Below, in pieces: positions 7,988 through 15,294 of a DNA stretch of 20,000 nt (the first letter of the stretch is position 1; each line of letters starts with the position of its first letter). Made by a program: the position numbers and the translations under genes. Below the pieces are notes generated by a model. That model had not been told where the DNA came from. It saw only the letters and a list, made by a program, of their open reading frames with translations, and did not search any database. Source of the stretch: an uncultured virus (IMG/VR IMGVR_UViG_3300026336_000015) (taxonomy: Duplodnaviria > Heunggongvirae > Uroviricota > Caudoviricetes); the IMG/VR virus record IMGVR_UViG_3300026336_000015; one strand, 5' to 3'.

Positions 7988-8695
7988 ATGATGACAGCAA
8001 GCCAGCTTGTCACGCTGAAAACAAACGTTGACAAGGAAATGAAGCGCCGCTGCTACAACGGCAGTATGACCGCCTATGCTGGCAGCAGTTACGCATTTCA
8101 AACTGCTCCTGCGGCAGGCGGAGTGATAAAAGCTCAGCAGGGCAATGCCGTGATTCAGCCGCTCAATGCGGTCAATCCAATCAGTGGGCTTTCGACTGCC
8201 GCCGCCGGGGAAGTTATTCCCACGACCTTTGACAATGACAAACTCGCGAAAGTAGTCAATGACCTGTCCAACCTGACGACGACCACATCAAACCCCGGCT
8301 GCGCAGCATCCTGCTCCGGCCTGTGTCACACGCAGTGTAGTACCTCATGTACTGGATGCAGTGGGTGTTCCTCGTGCTCATCCTGTACCGGCACATGTTC
8401 AGCGTGCTCTAATGGATGCAGCACGTGTACTAGCTGCACCAATTCCTGTGCGACCGGTTGCGCAAATACTTGTGCTACAGTATGTGACAATGGGTGTAGA
8501 GGATGTTCTGGAAGTTGCACAGGCGGATGCTATGGCACGTGCTGGGATACTTGTTCAGGCTGCGGTGGCTGTACGGGTTCACAAAATACTAGTCCTGGTT
8601 CGGGGTGTGGGAATTATTGTAATGGAACTTGTTCTAGTAGTTGCGGGTCTTGCACTGGTTGTTCGGGTTCTCATACAGTACATGATGCACATTGA
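7988..8695 (+). CDS. Cys-rich CxxC/CxxxC-repeat protein; putative radical SAM modification target
   Basis: ~104-aa non-repetitive N-domain, then 32 Cys spaced almost always every 3-4 residues (Cys105 onward, nt 8300-8695) among Ser/Thr/Gly/Asn; adjacent to an rSAM/SPASM gene. Confidence 0.85.
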   Translation: MMTASQLVTLKTNVDKEMKRRCYNGSMTAYAGSSYAFQTAPAAGGVIKAQQGNAVIQPLNAVNPISGLSTAAAGEVIPTTFDNDKLAKVVNDLSNLTTTTSNPGCAASCSGLCHTQCSTSCTGCSGCSSCSSCTGTCSACSNGCSTCTSCTNSCATGCANTCATVCDNGCRGCSGSCTGGCYGTCWDTCSGCGGCTGSQNTSPGSGCGNYCNGTCSSSCGSCTGCSGSHTVHDAH

Positions 8696-8711
8696 CTTTT
8701 TAGGAGGCAAA

Positions 8712-9023
8712 ATGATTAAAATTAAAATATCGAAAGAATTATCGGACTACATCGAAAGCTTACAGTTCGAGGTCAACCGGACAAAAGAAATAGTGGCGTT
8801 TATGCTGAGCAGCCCCGGCTATGATACTCACACGAACACATTTGCACAGTGGGAAAAAGATAACCAGGAAGCATATGCAAAACTGTGCCTTGCAAAAAAC
8901 AAGTTGGAGCACGAGGTTATTCCGAAACTGCTGCCGAAGGACACAGGAGCAGTTCGCTCTTGGAGTCTGGATTTTTACACACATGAAGTAATAGTGGAGG
9001 TAGCGGATGCGCAGAAGGATTGA
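8712..9023 (+). CDS. CXXX-repeat peptide modification system accessory protein (TIGR04116-like)
   Basis: ATG 8712 with SD AGGAGG; 103 aa, helical, ending WSLDFYTHEVIV. This resembles the W-x-[IL]-D-F-x-T-x-E C-terminus I recall for that family. Overlaps the rSAM gene by 17 nt. Confidence 0.68.
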   Translation: MIKIKISKELSDYIESLQFEVNRTKEIVAFMLSSPGYDTHTNTFAQWEKDNQEAYAKLCLAKNKLEHEVIPKLLPKDTGAVRSWSLDFYTHEVIVEVADAQKD

Positions 9024-10323
9024 AGAATATCCGGATATGCTTGCAAGACTTTTCCCACAGCCTTATGACGGCAACCCAGCAGACAAACACCTTGCCCGCA
9101 CGATTACCTTTCAGGTAACGGATGCCTGCAACCTGTGCTGCAGCTATTGTTATCAGATACATAAGCAGCACCATGTGATGGATTTTGATACGGCAAAGGC
9201 TTTTATCGACCTGCTGCTGGATGATAATAACCCGTACATCAACACCAAAAACAGTCCCGGTGTCATTATCGAGTTCATCGGCGGCGAGCCGTTCCTTGCC
9301 ATTGATGTAATTGACAAGATTACAGATTACTTTATCGACCAGATGATTCGCCGCCGCCATCCGTGGGCAAAGCGGTTCATGATTTCTATCTGTTCAAACG
9401 GTGTGCTGTACTTTGAACCGAAGGTACAGGCGTACCTGAAAAAGCACCTGAGCCACCTGAGTTTCAGCGTCAGCATTGACGGCAACAAGCAGCTGCACGA
9501 TTCCTGCCGTGTGTTCCCTGATGGCAGCGGAAGTTATGATAAAGCAATTCAGGCGGTGCAGCATTTCCGCACCGAGCTCCACAGTGACATGGGCAGCAAA
9601 ATGACGTTGGCTCCGGCCAATATCCGCTATACTTGCGATGCAGTAAAAAATCTGATTGCGCTCGATTACAATCAGATTTTTTTAAACTGCGTCTATGAAA
9701 AAGGCTGGACGGTAGAACACGCGAAAATCCTGTACCAACAGCTGAAGCAGCTTTCTGATTATCTGCTGGACAACGATTTGGAAGATGAAATCTACCTGTC
9801 CATATTCGAGGAGTTTATCGGGCACCAGATGGCGCCAGACGATAACGACAACTGGTGCGGCGGTACCGGGTACATGATTGCAGTGGACTATAAGGGCGAT
9901 ATTTTCCCCTGCCTGCGGTACATGGAAAGCAGCTTGGGCGAGGGTGTGCCGCCGGTCATTATCGGCAATGTGCAGGACGGTATTATGGCGACGCCCGGCC
10001 AGTGCGACTGCGTGCGCTGCATGAAATGCATTACCCGCCGCAGTCAGAGCACGGATGAGTGCTTTAACTGCCCGATTGCGCAGGGGTGTGCTTGGTGCAG
10101 CGCCTACAATTATCAGGAGTTTGGCACCATGAATCACAGGGCAACGTACATTTGCGAGATGCACAAGGCGAGAGTGTTGGCAAATGTGTATTTCTGGAAC
10201 AAAAAGTACCGGAAGCACGGAGAAAACAAGGTATTCCACAACAATGTCCCGGAAGCGTGGGGACTGCGGATTATCGATAAAAATGAGCTGGATATGCTCA
10301 ATAATCTTTCAAAGGAGTCTTGA
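9007..10323 (+). CDS. Radical SAM/SPASM peptide maturase, CXXX-repeat target family (TIGR04115-like)
   Basis: CNLCCSYC (CxxxCxxC), FIGGEP, SVSIDG; SPASM region CGGTG...VDYKGDIFPCLRY...CFNCPIAQGCAWC...C; SD GGAGG. Confidence 0.9.
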   Translation: MRRRIEEYPDMLARLFPQPYDGNPADKHLARTITFQVTDACNLCCSYCYQIHKQHHVMDFDTAKAFIDLLLDDNNPYINTKNSPGVIIEFIGGEPFLAIDVIDKITDYFIDQMIRRRHPWAKRFMISICSNGVLYFEPKVQAYLKKHLSHLSFSVSIDGNKQLHDSCRVFPDGSGSYDKAIQAVQHFRTELHSDMGSKMTLAPANIRYTCDAVKNLIALDYNQIFLNCVYEKGWTVEHAKILYQQLKQLSDYLLDNDLEDEIYLSIFEEFIGHQMAPDDNDNWCGGTGYMIAVDYKGDIFPCLRYMESSLGEGVPPVIIGNVQDGIMATPGQCDCVRCMKCITRRSQSTDECFNCPIAQGCAWCSAYNYQEFGTMNHRATYICEMHKARVLANVYFWNKKYRKHGENKVFHNNVPEAWGLRIIDKNELDMLNNLSKES

Positions 10324-10325
10324 AA

Positions 10326-10640
10326 ATGGCAGAAATCAAGTATGTAAAGTTTGCAGACGCGGCAGTTATCGAAGCAACGCAGGTCTCGGAAAGCATTACT
10401 GATATGAATGGAACCAAGACAGATCAGTTACTTATTCAGATTGACACTGACAGCACAGAAAACCAGACTGCTGAACTGCAGACAAAAATTACAGATGCCG
10501 GCCTGAAAGATGTCAACATTTTTGCTGACAAGGAGTGCACCAATAAAATCTTTGCTGGTGGTGCTTACAAATCTGTCCTCAGCATCACTGCGACAGTGCG
10601 TGCCTGCGGGTTGCTGTACAGCGTATCGCTGTCGAAGTAA
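10326..10640 (+). CDS. Hypothetical protein (104 aa)
   Basis: SD AAGGAG 8 nt before ATG 10326; packed between the rSAM stop and the lysin; no motif recognised. Confidence 0.7.
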   Translation: MAEIKYVKFADAAVIEATQVSESITDMNGTKTDQLLIQIDTDSTENQTAELQTKITDAGLKDVNIFADKECTNKIFAGGAYKSVLSITATVRACGLLYSVSLSK

Positions 10641-10652
10641 GGCGGTGTGAAT

Positions 10653-11837
10653 ATGAGTTACAAAGGAATTGACGTCAGTTACTGCAACGGCCGTGTGGAC
10701 TGGGCGAAAGCCAAAGCTGCCGGTTTGCAGTTTGCCGTCCTCCAACTGGGGTATGGCAGCGACAGCACATCACAGGACGACGTACAGTTTGCGCGTAATG
10801 TAAGTGAGTGTGAGCGCCTCGGGATTCCCTGGGGCGCTTATTTATATAGCTACGCGCAGACAGTGAGCGGCGCGCAGAGTGAACTGCAGCATATGCTCCG
10901 GCTGCTGCGCGGCCATCATCCACAGTACCCGGTGTTTATTGACATGGAGGACGCAGACGGATACAAGGCAAAGCACGGCGGCATCCCATCCAGAGAAACC
11001 AATACAGCAATCATCAAGGCTGTGTGCAGCGGCCTGCAAAATGCTGGATACAAGGCAGGCTATTACGTCAATAAGGACTGGTACGAGAACAGAATTTCCC
11101 CGGCGCAGCTGTCGGCATATGAATTTTGGTATGCACGGCCGGGTGTGTCTGCACCGGACAAGTACTGCGATATTTGGCAGTCAGAGTTTGGTGAGGATTC
11201 CGGCAAGTGGCCGGGAGCAAACATTCCCGGCAAGGGCTGTGACACGAATGTGTGCTATACCAATTATGGTGTAAACAGCAATGGCACACCCGCTGTCCGG
11301 ACGCTGCCGGCACTTGCACCGGCCGGGGCAGCATTTGTCAGTGACACCAATACCGCCGTACCGCTCAAACACGGACAGTCCTACACGGTTAAGGTTACCT
11401 GTTCGGCCGGTCGGCCGTCGCTGGCAGCAGGCACCGGCGGCACGGTAAACATCACATATCAGAATTGCAGTGGGAATAACTACTGCTTCAAACTGACTGC
11501 AACCGGAAAAGTGGGAGCTGAAACCGGCATCTACATTAACGGTCACAAGCCGTCTACTATGGTGGTGCGAATTGTCACCGCCTGCAGCAGTGATACGACC
11601 GTCAACCTGTCCCGCAAGGTGGGGGAGTGTTACACGGTCGGGCTTACCAGCCCCACGAAGCCAACCGTCACAGCCGGAACCGGCGGAATTGTAACGATTG
11701 CCGGTGTGTACGCGGATGGATCCGGCAAGTGGCTGTGTCCGATTGTGGCTGTGCATCCGGGTGCCACGGGAATCTACACCGAAGTTGCAGGTGAAGGAAG
11801 TCCGGTGAAGCGTTTTGAATTTGCGGTCACTGAGTAA
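10653..11837 (+). CDS. Endolysin: GH25 muramidase plus two ~83-aa C-terminal repeat domains
   Basis: KGIDVSYCNGRVDW, GAYLYSYA and FIDMED (DxE catalytic) motifs; tandem SDT...YTV...AGTGG...TGIY repeats. Confidence 0.9.
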   Translation: MSYKGIDVSYCNGRVDWAKAKAAGLQFAVLQLGYGSDSTSQDDVQFARNVSECERLGIPWGAYLYSYAQTVSGAQSELQHMLRLLRGHHPQYPVFIDMEDADGYKAKHGGIPSRETNTAIIKAVCSGLQNAGYKAGYYVNKDWYENRISPAQLSAYEFWYARPGVSAPDKYCDIWQSEFGEDSGKWPGANIPGKGCDTNVCYTNYGVNSNGTPAVRTLPALAPAGAAFVSDTNTAVPLKHGQSYTVKVTCSAGRPSLAAGTGGTVNITYQNCSGNNYCFKLTATGKVGAETGIYINGHKPSTMVVRIVTACSSDTTVNLSRKVGECYTVGLTSPTKPTVTAGTGGIVTIAGVYADGSGKWLCPIVAVHPGATGIYTEVAGEGSPVKRFEFAVTE

Positions 11838-11850
11838 AGGAAGGGAGGAA

Positions 11851-12294
11851 ATGAAAAATGTAGCAGATACATATAATGCGCTCGTGGGCGGGGTGATTGC
11901 ATTCTTTACCATGATTTTCGGCGAGCATTGGATTTTGTTCGCCGCTTTTTTGTTCCTGAATGTGATTGACTGGCTGTCCGGATGGTCGAAAGCCCGCAGG
12001 GTGCACAAGGAAAGCAGCAGCGTTGGCCTGAAAGGAATCGTCAAAAAGGTTTGGTACTGGGTAATCATTGCGATTGCCTTTATCCTTCCGGCGGCGCTCA
12101 TGGAAGCTGGCAGCGTGATTGGCGTCGATTTGTCAATTACCCGATTCCTCGGCTGGCTGACGTTGGCAATGCTCCTAGTGAACGAGGTCCGCAGTATCAT
12201 TGAAAACCTTGTATGTCTTGATATCCCAGTGCCGGAGGTACTGATTAAGGGGCTTGCAATCACTGACAAAATTTTGCAGGACACACAGAAATAA
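11851..12294 (+). CDS. Holin, phage holin family 4 type
   Basis: Three hydrophobic segments; IDWLSGWSKA...SSSVGLKGIVKK...NEVRSIIENL...IPVP..L motif; SD GGGAGG. Confidence 0.9.
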   Translation: MKNVADTYNALVGGVIAFFTMIFGEHWILFAAFLFLNVIDWLSGWSKARRVHKESSSVGLKGIVKKVWYWVIIAIAFILPAALMEAGSVIGVDLSITRFLGWLTLAMLLVNEVRSIIENLVCLDIPVPEVLIKGLAITDKILQDTQK

Positions 12295-12321
12295 AATCAA
12301 CAAAAAATGGAGGTACTTATT

Positions 12322-12801
12322 ATGGAACTTACAGTAGCAGTAATCATTTTCGCAGGTACAGCAATTATTTTCGGTGTCGGTTTTTGCATTGAAAAGGCAA
12401 AAAACGTAGGCAAAGGGAAACAGGTAGCTGAGGGTTTTGACAAAGCAGAAAAGGTTGTTGATGCTGTTGATGCGGCGGCAAATATTGCAGCGACCGTGGC
12501 GCCCAGTCCGGTTACGTCTACGTTCAAAGGCATTGCCGACCGCGCGGACGTTTCGACCAAAGCTGCAGAGCAACTGTATTTGAACGGCAGCATTACTGCA
12601 GATCAGCGCAAGGAGGAAGCAAAAACAATTTTAAAGCAGGCTCTTGGATTGGATGGCATTGCCTATGAAGGTGATGTATCTGAGCTTGGCAACAAAGCAA
12701 TTGAAGCCGCCGTTTATGCGTTGGACAAGACCGGCACGAAAAAGGCTGCCAATACAATAGAGACAGCACAGACCACTAAACCAGCAACGCAGACCGCATA
12801 A
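12322..12801 (+). CDS. Second holin-like protein (LL-H family-like)
   Basis: Single N-terminal TM, then AAEQLY...RKEEA...GI...IEAAVY motifs typical of LL-H holins; SD GGAGGT before ATG 12322. Confidence 0.62.
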   Translation: MELTVAVIIFAGTAIIFGVGFCIEKAKNVGKGKQVAEGFDKAEKVVDAVDAAANIAATVAPSPVTSTFKGIADRADVSTKAAEQLYLNGSITADQRKEEAKTILKQALGLDGIAYEGDVSELGNKAIEAAVYALDKTGTKKAANTIETAQTTKPATQTA

Positions 12802-12824
12802 TTGAGAATTTGAATGTATAAAGC

Positions 12825-12869
12825 AACGACCCTGACTTCACCATTACGGTGAAGTCAGGGTCGTTTTTT
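12825..12869 (+). terminator. Late-operon rho-independent terminator
   Basis: Perfect 18-bp stem AACGACCCTGACTTCACC/GGTGAAGTCAGGGTCGTT, 5-nt loop and T-tract, right after the lysis genes. Confidence 0.9.
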
Positions 12870-12927
12870 GTTATAAACATACTGGAAAATTCAGAGGACA
12901 GGGGAGGCGGCTCAGTTTGCTCATAAA

Positions 12928-13515
12928 CTAACAGTTTACAATCTTACATTCGATATACTTGTGCAGTATTGGTGAGGATAATACTTGAAGCCTAGTATTA
13001 GGGCAAAAAATGACTTCATTTTCATGCATATCGGAAATCAAGTCAACATATACGCATGGTGTACCTTTAGAAACATATATTTTCAATACCCTATAATAAT
13101 TCTGAGTGTAACTGTGACCCAGCACTGTGCTTGGAGTTAGCGTTGTACTGAGAAATGCTTTGTCATAAATTATACTGCCTTTTCTGATTATGTGAATGCC
13201 GCTCCACCTTTTCATTTTCCTAAATATAGGTTTATTCACATATCTATAAACAATAATATTTTGAGTACATGGATGCCTTCCAATTTCATTTATTACCAGC
13301 GAAATAGTGTTTTTAGTATTTGATCTTATATCGTTTTTTTGAAATCCTAAAAGATTATTATATATATAGTGAATACCTTGAGTATAATATCTAAAAAAGC
13401 ATCCCACAGGTTTGGATGGTCGAATGTTCTAGTTTTGCATTTTTAGCAGCCAGTTGCCAAAATTTTTCTTACCCCATTCTGCGGCTTCTTTATCAGAAAA
13501 ATCTCTATAGCACAT
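12928..13515 (-). pseudogene. C3/VIP2-like (R-S-E class) ADP-ribosyltransferase with in-frame TAG at codon 29
   Basis: ATG 13515 with SD AGGAGG reads MCYRDFSDKEAAEWGKKNFGNW...QN*NIRPSKPVGCFF, in frame with the listed 159-aa ORF. Motifs IVYRY, FLSTT and ENEVIF. Stop at 13429-13431. Confidence 0.78.
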
Positions 13516-13533
13516 GCAAACCTCCTGAAATCA

Positions 13534-13563
13534 ATTCTATTTCGCAATATTAGAATATGTCCA
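13534..13563 (-). promoter_or_regulatory. Putative sigma-A promoter of the ART gene
   Basis: Minus strand TGGACA-18 nt-TAGAAT just upstream of the AGGAGG SD. Confidence 0.55.
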
Positions 13564-13681
13564 GCCACAAAATACTACGAAGTTTGGAAATACTCTGACC
13601 CGCCCATTATTGCTATGACAGGCTCGTCCTCAATATCAAAAATAAAATGCAGCGAGTCTCCGCAGAGTTTAAACATTAAAT

Positions 13682-15289
13682 TTACCCAAGCAAATATTCG
13701 CAAACAGCGGCTACAGCAGCATTTTTTATTTGTCTTGCTCGAACATCAGCAATATACCGAGCTTCTTTTAATTTGCTTTCTTGAATGTCGATTAAATCGC
13801 CAATAGTTTGTATATTAAGTTCATGAAGTTTGCCCTTTTGCCAAGAGGTCAAATCAAGCGTATCAATGCTTTTTCCAAATTGTTTCATTATTGTTGCATT
13901 TCCTGTAGGATCTATTACTGTTCCTTTGAGAGAATTAAATGAAGAATAGTTACTTCCGTATTCGGTCATTTTTTTAATGCTCAAACGTTTTGCAATGGAA
14001 TATGCAGTTGTTGTGGGAACTGATTCTTTTGCGAATAAGCATCCTTCGTTGACTTCATAGCGTGAACCTATTTCGCTACGGGTTGCTCTTATGCCCGAAG
14101 AATGCTCACTTATAATTCCCGTGTATTCTAATAAACGCAATGCCTCTTTTACCTCTTGGGGTGCATTCCTATGGACCCAGAAAAAAGAACTTGTAGCTCC
14201 CATGTTTTCTTTTTGTGCGGTTGCTTTATCATTTTTTGATTTAATTTCTGGTATGACTTCTGTTTCAATAAAGTCTCGTCCCCAGTCAATAAGTTTCGCA
14301 TACCCAGGATATTTATCAGATAAATTAGAGTGCTCAGCCCAAAGAGATCCTGTATAATACTCACGAATTACTTTGTTAATTGCAAAAGAATCCAGTTTCC
14401 CTGCCATTTCCACAGTTTTGAGCAAATGCCTTGGGTTTCCTCCAGAGGCATATGCAAGAATTGAAAAGTTTTGCCCACGTTTTGATAAAGTTGCTGATAA
14501 GGTACTATCTTTTGCCTGCCGTAGTACCATTCCTTTCATCATTTCAACGTAGTTAGCATCAGTAGTTGATCGATTTAGGGTAATTCGTACAGCGTCATGA
14601 AGTGGTTCAAAAGTATCTCCATATACAGTAACCCCAGGATACACCGCAGCGTTACATTTTATATAAGGAGATCGTAGGTCTCTAAACAGTGTAAAAAATT
14701 CTCTTTGCTGTTGTGGATAAAATACATGTGCAGCCTCATCTATAAAAAGAACAATTCGTTTAATATCAAGTTCTTCACACAAATCCTGAACAACATTGAT
14801 AAAAGTATCTAATGATGGAACTCTTGAATCATCGATTATTGTTCCAGGAGTTTTCCACGATGACTCAAAAAGTTCTGTTACTTCTTCTAATTCGGATTTT
14901 TCTGGCTTTACGGTCGCTCCAAGCAATAATCCCAAACTATAATTAATAGTAGCAAGTTTCCCACGTTTTCTTAAGGCTCGTTGCAATTCTGAGCAAATTT
15001 TTGAAAGCATCCATGATTGAAATTGATTGGTATTTCCTGATTGAAGAAGAGCTGCCTTACGAAAAGTAATAAAGACAGGAAGAATTTTATTAGTGTCAAA
15101 GCTGTCATCTAGTTGTGATTCGGCGACACGAAATAAAAATGACTTTCCAACGCCACGGCTACCAACCAGCAGGATTGGCGTTTTAGATTTCAGTTTACAA
15201 ATTATTTCTTCATCAGCAGGTGTTCCTACAAATAAATCTTTTATTTGTTCAGAATCCATTTCTTCTGTCCGATATATAAATTCACCCAT
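13682..15289 (-). CDS. P-loop ATPase (ORC/CDC6/STAND-like) with C-terminal RNA-polymerase alpha-CTD-like/HhH domain; candidate defence protein
   Basis: Walker A GSRGVGKS, Walker B LFIDEA, GGNPR sensor-like motif. C-terminus IDTLDLT...LHELNIQTIGDL...IADVRARQI resembles alpha-CTD. Confidence 0.75.
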   Translation of the reverse strand: MGEFIYRTEEMDSEQIKDLFVGTPADEEIICKLKSKTPILLVGSRGVGKSFLFRVAESQLDDSFDTNKILPVFITFRKAALLQSGNTNQFQSWMLSKICSELQRALRKRGKLATINYSLGLLLGATVKPEKSELEEVTELFESSWKTPGTIIDDSRVPSLDTFINVVQDLCEELDIKRIVLFIDEAAHVFYPQQQREFFTLFRDLRSPYIKCNAAVYPGVTVYGDTFEPLHDAVRITLNRSTTDANYVEMMKGMVLRQAKDSTLSATLSKRGQNFSILAYASGGNPRHLLKTVEMAGKLDSFAINKVIREYYTGSLWAEHSNLSDKYPGYAKLIDWGRDFIETEVIPEIKSKNDKATAQKENMGATSSFFWVHRNAPQEVKEALRLLEYTGIISEHSSGIRATRSEIGSRYEVNEGCLFAKESVPTTTAYSIAKRLSIKKMTEYGSNYSSFNSLKGTVIDPTGNATIMKQFGKSIDTLDLTSWQKGKLHELNIQTIGDLIDIQESKLKEARYIADVRARQIKNAAVAAVCEYLLG

Positions 15290-15294
15290 AGATG

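Noticed and set aside
7975..7990. Possible frameshift/read-through fusing the short fibre to the Cys-rich protein (GGGGG TGA TTTT ATG)
   Set aside because: Fusion would need a +1 shift with no canonical slippery heptamer. GGGGTGA is adequately explained as the SD for ATG 7988/7991.
8300..8695. CRISPR array, DNA tandem repeat or DGR variable region in the Cys-rich tract
   Set aside because: The periodicity is at the protein level only. No identical DNA repeats, template repeat or reverse transcriptase were seen in the window.
8361..8711. 5' extension of the 220-aa ORF 8361..9023
   Set aside because: It is an off-frame shadow of the Cys repeats (Val/Ala/Leu-rich). The strong SD and ATG at 8712 define the real gene.
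9007..10323. Anaerobic sulfatase maturase or nucleotide-modification rSAM (QueE/NrdG-like)
   Set aside because: No sulfatase or que/nrd genes are nearby. The adjacent Cys-repeat and accessory genes fit a peptide/protein maturase better.
11181..12284. 367-aa reverse-strand ORF
   Set aside because: It lies antisense to the well-supported lysin and holin and has no recognisable motifs.
13429..13431. Amber recoding (alternative genetic code) in this phage
   Set aside because: All other genes read intact in code 11, and the same ART gene itself ends in TAG. A single nonsense mutation is more parsimonious.
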